A stretch of 34,716 nucleotides of DNA from contig JAGVZG010000024.1 of NCBI GenBank assembly GCA_018302765.1, positions 1 to 34,716 of the forward strand. The letters are read 5' to 3'. Source of the stretch: Candidatus Woesearchaeota archaeon (lineage in GTDB: Archaea; Nanobdellota; Nanobdellia; SCGC-AAA011-G17; GW2011-AR18). Under the pieces are notes generated by a model, which saw only the letters and a list, made by a program, of their open reading frames with translations, was not told the DNA's origin and did not search any database. Shown piece after piece: positions 9,871 to 17,858 of this stretch (position 1 is its first letter; each line of letters begins with the position of its first letter). The position numbers were made by a program, and so were the translations under genes.

Positions 9871-12231
9871 TTAAAGATTAATAGCGTACCTCAATATAGC
9901 CCCAACACCACCCAAATCCCTTAATTGCACACCTTCCTTTGTTTCTACACTAACAATAAAAACCTTGGTTCCGACAGCATTAGCTTTTTCCTCAAACTCA
10001 TCTATTCTAGGAAAAGCTTCTGATATTAATATTCTATCAACAGCGCCATAGTCTAAGGCCTTTATAATATCATCAGCTCCATAAAGAACTTTATCAGAAT
10101 TTGTTGATAGCAAAGTAAAAAATTCATTTAAAATTTCCTTCTCCTTTATAATTTCAGCTTCAGCTAGAGTGTCATGTGATTTCTCTACTAACTCATGAAG
10201 GCCTTGCTCATCAGTATAAGTAATATCTTTTATCGCAACAATTTTCTTCTTTAGTTCATTGTGCAAATAATCTCCATTTGCAAAAGTTTCCTTAGTAGGC
10301 CCAGGCCCACCAATTAAAATACCTTTCAAATCTTTGCCTACAGCAGCAAATTCTATATTAGCAACTTCAGCAATTCTTTTGTAAAATTCATTTGCAGCTT
10401 CTTCTCTTAATCTTGCGTAACGTTGCTGACTATTGTGAACTAAAATACCATTAGCAAAGAAATTCTTACCTTGAACACTAATATCAATTAACTCATTTTC
10501 TCCTTCAATAACCTGAATCTTCTTTATCTTAATTGGTATTAAAGGATAATCTACAACTTTCTTTAATTCTTCATATAGTTCAACTTCAGTTTTTAGCCTA
10601 TTTAAGAAAACACGTCCAAATACTCCTTTACTCATTGCTCTCTTATTACATAAAAACATTGATGCGGATTTAAAATCTTGTTTTAAATAACCAAATTGCT
10701 CTATTAATCCTCTAATCCATTTTCCAGAGGGAGTAACCTGTCTAATATTGTTTCTCTCTGTTGTTAATTCTATTAACTTATTCAATTTAACAATTTTATC
10801 TTCAGCAACAAAACCAATATAATTTTTAAAATTAATCAAAGATTCTTTATCAGTAATTCTAATTACCCATTTGCCACGTCCAGCATAGCAAAAAGAACCT
10901 ATAATACTAAACCTTAACAATAATAACCTTACCTGATTAACTAAAGATTTATTCTTCATTGCAATTCCAACTTCATCTTTTACAGGATAAGCTTCAGCAT
11001 CATAAATACCCTTCAAAAAAGAAGCAACAACTTCATTCTTAGATAACATAATTTTTGTCGGAACTAAAGAAGTCTCACAGTATTTCTTTTCTGGGAATTG
11101 ATTTTTAACAAACCTAACAATATTTCTGCTATTAAGTCTTATTTCATAATAATGCTTATCATTCCTATATCTAAAAGAAGGTTTTTTACCAAATATATTA
11201 TAAGTTAAAGATTCATAGTATCTAGCAACATCTTCTCTTTGTTCAACAAGTTCAATCCTATTATCTTTATCATAACTTCCATCCCCAATCATATAACCGA
11301 CAAATCTTGCTAAATCTTCTGTAAGAATTACAGGCAATTTAGTGCTGTTATCGCCTTTATAATTTAATCTTTGTAGTTCTCCATTAAAATCTATTTTTTC
11401 AGGCATTAATAAAAAGTCTTCATCAATTTTTAATTCAGAAGCTGTTTTTTCACTTATTTTACCTTTATTCCATACAAAGAAAGTATGATTTGAAGAAGAA
11501 TCAATTTCTAGTCTTGGATATCCAGTAATAATTTTCAATATTTTTTTGTGTTTAGTTATAGAAGATCCTAAAACTTTTGAATTATTAATTAAAGTATTCT
11601 CAAAATTAAAACCACTGACTATATTATTTTTACTTACTTCTTTAATAGGAACAATTCTACCATCATCTAAATAAACTAAACTTTCAGGATCCAAACACCA
11701 GCCTCCAACCTTAACCTTTCCAGGAACTGAAGAAGTAAAATCTCTAACAACCTGAATACTTTTCCCTCTCAAAAATCCAATTGTAGATTCTCTGTTATCC
11801 ATAACAATCAAGCCATAAATTTCATTAATCTGCATCATTTCTTCTAAAGGACCTAAAACAAAAGTCTGATCGCATCTATACATTCTAACATTCACAGGAA
11901 CAGGAGGTTCAATACTCCAAATCTTAATATCTTGTTTTCCCTCTTGGCTAGCAATATTTCCAGCAAAAGCAGCTAATCCATTTTCAGGAGTCTTGCTATA
12001 CAGTCTCAAATGCCTTATCATTCTTTCCAGAGAATCTTGCACATTTAATCTTGTTGTCTTGTCTTTAATATTAGAAGCAGTCCCTTGTTCCTGAGCTAGA
12101 TGTTGTATAATTTTAATTATATCATAGCCAGCAGGAATATATACGCTGACAAATTCTGTATGTCGTCCTCTATATTGCTTTAACTCATTGACAAATTTCC
12201 TAAGTTTATACTGTTGTTTTGTATCTAGCAT
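9871..12231 (-). CDS. prf1: Archaeal peptide chain release factor aRF1 precursor with an intein (364 aa after splicing)
   Basis: GRHTEFVSVYIP, TASNIKD (NIKS-like), YRCDQTF, GKVKVGGW|SQQRY loop, GGPGPTK, LGGVGAILRY C-terminus. Confidence 0.95.
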   Translation of the reverse strand: MLDTKQQYKLRKFVNELKQYRGRHTEFVSVYIPAGYDIIKIIQHLAQEQGTASNIKDKTTRLNVQDSLERMIRHLRLYSKTPENGLAAFAGNIASQEGKQDIKIWSIEPPVPVNVRMYRCDQTFVLGPLEEMMQINEIYGLIVMDNRESTIGFLRGKSIQVVRDFTSSVPGKVKVGGWCLDPESLVYLDDGRIVPIKEVSKNNIVSGFNFENTLINNSKVLGSSITKHKKILKIITGYPRLEIDSSSNHTFFVWNKGKISEKTASELKIDEDFLLMPEKIDFNGELQRLNYKGDNSTKLPVILTEDLARFVGYMIGDGSYDKDNRIELVEQREDVARYYESLTYNIFGKKPSFRYRNDKHYYEIRLNSRNIVRFVKNQFPEKKYCETSLVPTKIMLSKNEVVASFLKGIYDAEAYPVKDEVGIAMKNKSLVNQVRLLLLRFSIIGSFCYAGRGKWVIRITDKESLINFKNYIGFVAEDKIVKLNKLIELTTERNNIRQVTPSGKWIRGLIEQFGYLKQDFKSASMFLCNKRAMSKGVFGRVFLNRLKTEVELYEELKKVVDYPLIPIKIKKIQVIEGENELIDISVQGKNFFANGILVHNSQQRYARLREEAANEFYKRIAEVANIEFAAVGKDLKGILIGGPGPTKETFANGDYLHNELKKKIVAIKDITYTDEQGLHELVEKSHDTLAEAEIIKEKEILNEFFTLLSTNSDKVLYGADDIIKALDYGAVDRILISEAFPRIDEFEEKANAVGTKVFIVSVETKEGVQLRDLGGVGAILRYAINL
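10432..11697 (-). mobile_element. 422-aa intein with a LAGLIDADG homing endonuclease in aRF1
   Basis: Block A CLDPESLVYLDDG (Cys at 11695-11697); block B SSNH; LAGLIDADG motifs LARFVGYMIGDG and FLKGIYDAEA; blocks F/G DISVQGKNFFANGILVHN; +1 Ser. Confidence 0.97.
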
Positions 12232-12254
12232 TACTTACCTCGCCAAAATATAAA

Positions 12255-14645
12255 CTAAAACTCAACCTTAAGTTCTTTTCCATACTCTATTTTTTCTGCC
12301 TGAATTACTGCTTTAAGGTCATTTTCAACATTGTTTAAAATAAGATTATCAACTGTCAATACCTTAATTGGCTCTTTAAGAGACTTTAAATTTTTAGCTT
12401 TTTCCTGTCTGACAAAGCCTATAACTCTAACAAATTCATCTCCTACCTCAACAAATCTCTCATCTAACTTAAACTTCAAAACAGGCCAGTTACTAATATG
12501 AACACTTTCTTTATTCTCAATATTTATAAACATATTTTGATAAATCTCCTCTGTAACATAAGGCATGATTGGTGCAAACAATTTTATTATGTTCAAAAAG
12601 CAAATATGTAATGTGTACAAGGCACTCTCTTTGCCTTTAGTTAATTTTTCTGAATACAGCCTGTATTTAATAAACTCTAAATAATTATCACAAAAATCCT
12701 TCCAGAAAAATAATTCTATTGCACATTTAGCTTTGCTGTACTCGTAAGATTCAAAACTTTCAGTGCATACTTTAATAGTATTCTCTAATTTATGTAATAT
12801 CCATTGATCAATAATCTCAAGTTCTACTTTTTTTAATTTATAATTACCAAAATGAGATTTGCAAAACTTGTAGGCATTCCAAAGTTTATTTATTGTTCTT
12901 TGCCCAGTTAATAAATCCTTCTCCAAATACCTTAGATCATCTCCCAATTTAGAACCTGCTGCCCAAAACCTAAGAGCGTCTGCAGAGAATTTATCTAAAA
13001 CTTGTGCAGGTTCAATTACATTGCCCTTGGATTTATGCATTGCCTCGCCCTTAGGATCTAAAACATGACCAGAAATAACAATATTTTTCCAAGGCACTTC
13101 ATCATTGTGATAAATACCTTTAACTACTGTATAAAAAGCCCATGTCCTAATTATATCATGAGCCTGAGGCCTTAAACTGCAAGGATATAACTTCTTAAAT
13201 TCTAAATCATAAACACCATCCTTTGCCCAATTCAAAATTATTTGTGGAGTAACACTGGAAGTTGCCCATGTATCCATAACGTCATTTTCTCCTTCAAAGC
13301 TGCTAGAACTGCATTTGCATTTTTTCTTAGGCTTATCAACTAAAGGATCAACAGGTAAATTATTTTCTTCAGCAACAATAACACTTCCGCATTTCTTACA
13401 ATTCCAAACTGGAAAAGAAATTCCAAAATGCCTCTGCCTGCTTATGCACCAATCCCATTGCAGTCCTTCAATCCAATGTTCATATCTTAACTTCATAAAC
13501 TCTGGATGCCATTTTATTTTTCTGCCTGCATCCACAAACTTTTTTTTATTGTCTAAAACTTTAATGAACCACTGTTTTGTGCTTAGAAATTCTACCTCAA
13601 TTCCGCATCTCTCATGAACATTAACTATGTGTTTTATGGGTTTCTTAGAAACTAATAAATTCTCTTTTTCTAAGTCATTTAATATTTCCTTTCTAGCTTC
13701 CTTTATGTTCAAGCCTTCATACTTGCCAGCAAGCCCATTTAATTTACCATCTCTAGTAAAAATCACTCTAGGCTCCAATTTTCTTTTCTTTATTGCTTCC
13801 ACATCGTACTTATCACCATAACTACAAATCATTAACATTCCAGTTCCTTTCTCAGGATTGGCAGACTCATCAGCAAATATAGGAACATTATAATTGAACA
13901 AAGGAACTATTGCTTTTTTCCCAACATACCTTTTGTATCTTTTGTCATCTGGGTGAACATAAACACAAACACAAGCTCCGAGTAATTCAGGCCTTGTAGT
14001 TGCTATAACTATCTTGCTATCATCTTCCAATTTAAAGTTAACATCATTAAAAGTAGAGTCTAGTTCTTTGTCCTCTAAATCTGCCTGCGCAATTGCAGTC
14101 TGACAATGAACACACCACATTGTCGGCGCTTCTCTTTGATAAACTAAATTTTTTTTAAATAAATCAATAAAAGATTTCTGAGAAGTTCTTCTGCAATGTT
14201 TATCTATAGTAGAATAAGCATTAGAAAAATCACAACTCATACCTATTACCTTCCAATCATTTATAAAATCATCTTTAATTTCCTTAATTGTTTTTTCGCA
14301 TAGCTTAACAAAATCCTGCCTGCTCATTTTAGTAGATTTAACATTCTTTAGTCTTTCAACTAATCTTTCTGTAGGCAAACCATTATCGTCTGTACCAAAT
14401 GGATAAAAAACACCTTCTCCTTTCATCCTGTGGTATCTGACAATAAAATCTTGCTGAGAATAACTAAAAGCATGTCCTATATGCATCTTGCCAGAAACGG
14501 TTGGAGGTGGAGTATCAACTACAAAGGGCTTAGATTTTGATTTAGCATTAAACTTATAGACTCCTTTAGATTCCCAAAACTTTCTCCATTTAGTTTCTAT
14601 AACTTTATAATTATAAACATCATTCGAGTTCATAAAAAAATACAA
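12255..14645 (-). CDS. valS: Valyl-tRNA synthetase (archaeal type)
   Basis: DTPPPTVSGKMHIGH, WDWCISRQR, DVMDTWATS, RPQAHDIIRTW; the KMSKS position reads AMHKS. The start may be the ATG at 14633. Confidence 0.97.
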   Translation of the reverse strand: MYFFMNSNDVYNYKVIETKWRKFWESKGVYKFNAKSKSKPFVVDTPPPTVSGKMHIGHAFSYSQQDFIVRYHRMKGEGVFYPFGTDDNGLPTERLVERLKNVKSTKMSRQDFVKLCEKTIKEIKDDFINDWKVIGMSCDFSNAYSTIDKHCRRTSQKSFIDLFKKNLVYQREAPTMWCVHCQTAIAQADLEDKELDSTFNDVNFKLEDDSKIVIATTRPELLGACVCVYVHPDDKRYKRYVGKKAIVPLFNYNVPIFADESANPEKGTGMLMICSYGDKYDVEAIKKRKLEPRVIFTRDGKLNGLAGKYEGLNIKEARKEILNDLEKENLLVSKKPIKHIVNVHERCGIEVEFLSTKQWFIKVLDNKKKFVDAGRKIKWHPEFMKLRYEHWIEGLQWDWCISRQRHFGISFPVWNCKKCGSVIVAEENNLPVDPLVDKPKKKCKCSSSSFEGENDVMDTWATSSVTPQIILNWAKDGVYDLEFKKLYPCSLRPQAHDIIRTWAFYTVVKGIYHNDEVPWKNIVISGHVLDPKGEAMHKSKGNVIEPAQVLDKFSADALRFWAAGSKLGDDLRYLEKDLLTGQRTINKLWNAYKFCKSHFGNYKLKKVELEIIDQWILHKLENTIKVCTESFESYEYSKAKCAIELFFWKDFCDNYLEFIKYRLYSEKLTKGKESALYTLHICFLNIIKLFAPIMPYVTEEIYQNMFINIENKESVHISNWPVLKFKLDERFVEVGDEFVRVIGFVRQEKAKNLKSLKEPIKVLTVDNLILNNVENDLKAVIQAEKIEYGKELKVEF

Positions 14646-14689
14646 GAAACTAATTATTAAAAGCTTTCCATTAATTGCGTTTCACATAC

Positions 14690-14703
14690 AAAAGATTTAA
14701 GAA
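14690..14703 (+). promoter_or_regulatory. Probable BRE/TATA promoter of tRNA-Phe
   Basis: AAAAGATTTAAGAA about 26-39 nt upstream of the tRNA 5' end. Confidence 0.55.
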
Positions 14704-14728
14704 TATACTACAAATTAAAATTTTAAAC

Positions 14729-14820
14729 GGGCCTGTAGCTCAACCTGAGGAAAAATTTCGGTTATGGAGAGCATACGGCTGAAGACCGTAGTGTCGTGGG
14801 TTCAAATCCCACCAGGCCCA
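14729..14820 (+). tRNA. trnF: tRNA-Phe(GAA) with an 18-nt D-loop intron; CCA not encoded
   Basis: Acceptor stem GGGCCTG/CAGGCCC; D stem GCTC/GAGC; anticodon stem TACGG/CCGTA with loop CT-GAA-GA; T arm GTGGG-TTCAAAT-CCCAC; discriminator A14820. Confidence 0.96.
14748..14765 (+). other. Non-canonical tRNA intron at position 18/19 (bulge-helix-bulge)
   Basis: Central helix AACC/GGTT, 3-nt bulges TGA and ATG, flanking helices CTC/GAG and GGAA/TTTC. Cutting after bulge nt 2 restores the D-loop AACCTGGGA. Confidence 0.9.
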
Positions 14821-14852
14821 TATCATAAAAATTAATTAAAACATTTACTAAG

Positions 14853-15368
14853 TCATTCTTTTATAGAAACTATTATTGACTGAGAAGAATACTCTTCGCT
14901 TCCTTTGCCTACTCTAATTATAAATGCATAGCTACTGCCGGGAGGCAATCCAGTCGGCAGTCTTACTTCTATTGGAACAGTTGCTCTGTTTCCTGCTTTA
15001 ATTTTTCCTGGCTGTGATATCTTAAACCATTCTTCTTTGCCTTTACCGTCAGTCGGTTTAATTTCAACTTTAAAATCTGCACTTGACTCTAAATTCTCAT
15101 CAAAATTCTGAATAGCAACAAGACGTCCTAATGGTTTTCCTGGTTCTATTGTCCAAGTTAAACCACCACTAACATAAATCCTATCAGTTGCACCAATTCT
15201 TTGCTGTATTTCTTTTTCAGCCTGCTCAAAGGCCTGTAGTCCCAACTGCTCAGTCTTACTAAAAATATTTCTCACGAAAACCAAACCCAAAATTAAAAGA
15301 GTAACCCCTATTACTATAACTATTATTGTAGTCATAGAAAGTTCAATTGCACCTTTTTTTGATTGCAT
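14853..15368 (-). CDS. Type IV pilin-like protein with a class III signal peptide
   Basis: MQSKKG|AIELSMTTIIVIVIG: basic leader, Gly at -1, Glu in the first mature residues, hydrophobic stretch, then a beta-rich domain. Confidence 0.75.
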   Translation of the reverse strand: MQSKKGAIELSMTTIIVIVIGVTLLILGLVFVRNIFSKTEQLGLQAFEQAEKEIQQRIGATDRIYVSGGLTWTIEPGKPLGRLVAIQNFDENLESSADFKVEIKPTDGKGKEEWFKISQPGKIKAGNRATVPIEVRLPTGLPPGSSYAFIIRVGKGSEEYSSQSIIVSIKE

Positions 15369-15458
15369 AAATGTTTTCTAATTAAATTTCTATTTAAAGG
15401 TTTTGAATTAACAAATTTCACTGAAAAGTTTGTAAATTTAAAAAAAGAAGAGAAAAAT

Positions 15459-15680
15459 CTAAATACTGTCTATAGCGCTCAGATCATCGTCCAAGCCTTC
15501 TAAGTCATTGTCATTTAGATCACTGTTTTCTGTGTCTATATTATTAATATCATTGTCTATCGGCGTACTAACTTGAGAAGTGTCTAGCTTAGCTTCTTTG
15601 GTTTCAGTTTGGCTAGTGCATGCAGTTAATACTACTAATAAAAACAAAGATAAAAATAAAAAATTTTTAATCTGCGTCAT
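15459..15680 (-). CDS. Small putative lipoprotein with an acidic tail
   Basis: Signal peptide ending in the lipobox-like VLTAC; Asp-rich C-terminus; SD-like GTGGTGA upstream. Confidence 0.6.
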   Translation of the reverse strand: MTQIKNFLFLSLFLLVVLTACTSQTETKEAKLDTSQVSTPIDNDINNIDTENSDLNDNDLEGLDDDLSAIDSI

Positions 15681-15711
15681 ATCAATTCACCACATTACCA
15701 ATATATTAAAT

Positions 15712-16989
15712 TTACGCAGTGTCCTCTTCTACACCAGGCACAGTGTCTGATGATGTCTCAACACTATCTAAACTTGTTCCGCATGTTGCAGTAGGTTCTG
15801 TAAAAGGACAGCCTGCTGATGCAGTCGAAGTCGAATATGTTGTAGTCTCTGTAGATGTGGTTACTTCTGTAGACACAGTATTATCTGACTCGCTAGAAGA
15901 CAAATCAACAGTAACTGCTCCTGTAACAGCCGTTGTTTGTGTATCGCTAGTACTTGTATCTGAACTACTTGTAGTATCAGTACTAGTTGTTGCACTAACA
16001 TCTGTCTCAGATACCTCTAATTCCTCAGTAACTTTAGCGCCGCCTTTAGCCCTAAAACTTGCGACTATTTCCTTAAGGTCACTATGTGCTAATTTTAATT
16101 CCTGATGCGCTTGCACTAGTAATTCATGCCCTTGTTTTACACTAGTTTCTGATTTGTCAGCAAACTTAGTTCTAGCTTGTTCTATAAGTTCTTTAGCCCT
16201 AGCTATATGCGCTTTGAAACTGTCTACCTTTGGTTGTACTGAAGATACATCTTTACCTTCACTCTTTAGTTTTTCCAAGACTCTATCTAATTTAGCTTCT
16301 AATGACTTTGATCTGCTAACAGCAAATGCAAATTTATGAGTCATTATTGTTCCTCTAGATCCTTCTAAATCAGACTTTATGCCTTTCCAAGTGGTTTTAA
16401 TTTCCTTTGTTAATGCTTTAACCTCTTCTTTAGTTGTTGCAGCATCTAGTTTAGCTTTTAAATCACTAATAACTTTAAGCTGTGCATTAACTTCTTCTAT
16501 ATTAGCTTCCAAATCAGTTGCATCTTGCGACTGAGCTTCAGCACTAGCTATTTCCTCTTCTAATTTAGCTTTTCTCTTGTTTAATACATCTTCTACTACG
16601 TTCAAAGAACGCACTAAATAAGATTTAGCTTCTTTTTCTAAGAAATCTTTCTTCATTTTCATGCAGTCTTCAGTACTTTCATTATCTTTGCATTTTAACT
16701 TAAGTTCATTATGCTTGCCTCTAAGAGTCATTTTAGAACTTAAGAAATCTTTCCTAGATTCCACAAACTTATCTTTTGCCTGCACAAACCTTTCTCTTAA
16801 TAATTCATGCCTATTCTTCGTATCTTCTTTCATTTTCTGTATAGAACTTGCATCTCTTCCGAACTCGCTTACCCCTCTTACATCTGGCCCGCTCGTTCGC
16901 TTATTATCATCGCCACTTTTACCAGCAAATACAGGGACTAAACTAACCAAAAATAAAGTCAAAACAACTAATGCCATTATCTTTTTCAT
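15712..16989 (-). CDS. Secreted coiled-coil protein with a Ser/Thr-rich tail
   Basis: MKKIMALVVLTLFLVSLVPVFA signal peptide; Lys/Glu/Ala helical core; S/T/D low-complexity C-terminus; SD GGAGGT at 16995-17000. Confidence 0.75.
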   Translation of the reverse strand: MKKIMALVVLTLFLVSLVPVFAGKSGDDNKRTSGPDVRGVSEFGRDASSIQKMKEDTKNRHELLRERFVQAKDKFVESRKDFLSSKMTLRGKHNELKLKCKDNESTEDCMKMKKDFLEKEAKSYLVRSLNVVEDVLNKRKAKLEEEIASAEAQSQDATDLEANIEEVNAQLKVISDLKAKLDAATTKEEVKALTKEIKTTWKGIKSDLEGSRGTIMTHKFAFAVSRSKSLEAKLDRVLEKLKSEGKDVSSVQPKVDSFKAHIARAKELIEQARTKFADKSETSVKQGHELLVQAHQELKLAHSDLKEIVASFRAKGGAKVTEELEVSETDVSATTSTDTTSSSDTSTSDTQTTAVTGAVTVDLSSSESDNTVSTEVTTSTETTTYSTSTASAGCPFTEPTATCGTSLDSVETSSDTVPGVEEDTA

Positions 16990-17189
16990 TTTTTACCTCC
17001 ATACTTATTTACTAAACTTAATTTTTATTGTATAATACAATAACAAAGACAAAGTTTCTTTATAAATATACTTTCAAAATGCTAAATTTAAAAGTTTATA
17101 AGAAGGATTAAAACTTTACAAAGCTTTATTTTTCCTTATTTTCAGATTTAGAAAGATATTTAAGTTTCTTTGGCCTAAAAAAAGTAAAA

Positions 17190-17858
17190 ATGAAAAAAAC
17201 TATATTATTATTGCTTTTGTCATTAATTTTAGTTACTGCAGCAAACGCAGCAACAATAACAGGAACAGTATATGATTTTTCTTTGGAAAAAATAAACAAT
17301 GTAATAGTAGAAGTCAACACAATACCTACACAAAGAGAGATAGCAAAAATAGGTTCTTACTCATTTAATTTAGCAAAAGGCAGTTATACAATAACAGCAA
17401 AAACAATAGAAAACAAACTTATAGCAACAGAAAACATAACTATAAAGGAAGAAGGTACTTATAATTTAGATCTGATAAGCTTTATAGACATAAGCGAGGA
17501 AGAAGAGTTATCAAATGATACAAATCTGGATATTGTTAATGACGATATTGAGATATCAGAAACAAATAATTATTTATGGTTGGTTTTAACTTTTATTCTA
17601 ATAATTGTTATAGCTGGAATAATTTACTATAAAAAGAGAAAACCAATTCAAGATATAGAAGAAATAACAGATGATCTTAAAGAAAAAATATTAGAAATTA
17701 TAAAAAGAGAAAATGGAAGAACAACACAGAAAGAACTAAGAAAATTGCTCCCATATTCAGAAGCAAAAATAAGTCTAGTTTTAACAGAACTTGAATCAAA
17801 AGGAAAAATAGAAAAAATAAAGAAAGGAAGGAGTAATGTTATAATATTAAAGAAATAA
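17190..17858 (+). CDS. Membrane protein: secreted beta-sandwich (carboxypeptidase-regulatory-like), TM helix and cytoplasmic winged helix
   Basis: Signal peptide; ATITGTVYD...GSYTITA; TM LWLVLTFILIIVIAGIIYY; wHTH GRTTQKELRKLLPYSEAKISLVLTELESKGKIEKIKKGR. Confidence 0.75.
   Translation: MKKTILLLLLSLILVTAANAATITGTVYDFSLEKINNVIVEVNTIPTQREIAKIGSYSFNLAKGSYTITAKTIENKLIATENITIKEEGTYNLDLISFIDISEEEELSNDTNLDIVNDDIEISETNNYLWLVLTFILIIVIAGIIYYKKRKPIQDIEEITDDLKEKILEIIKRENGRTTQKELRKLLPYSEAKISLVLTELESKGKIEKIKKGRSNVIILKK

Noticed and set aside
9871-12231. Stop-codon reassignment linked to the odd aRF1
   Set aside because: TAA, TAG and TGA all end conserved genes at expected lengths, including ATGA overlaps.
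4248-13821. Short ORFs overlapping the minus-strand genes (4248, 4691, 5660, 7982, 8555, 13315, 13627)
   Set aside because: They lie within well-supported CDSs, in antisense or alternate frames, and have no motifs.
14801-14820. tRNA 3' end as an integration site (att)
   Set aside because: I saw no second copy of the tRNA 3' end and no integrase in the window.
15403-15435. Imperfect palindrome ACAAATTTCA-C-TGAAAAGTTTGT upstream of the pilin gene
   Set aside because: AT-rich and imperfect; not distinguishable from chance.
15719-17320. Antisense ORFs at 15719, 16154, 16661 and 17126
   Set aside because: Stop-poor antisense frames caused by low-complexity codon use in the real genes.
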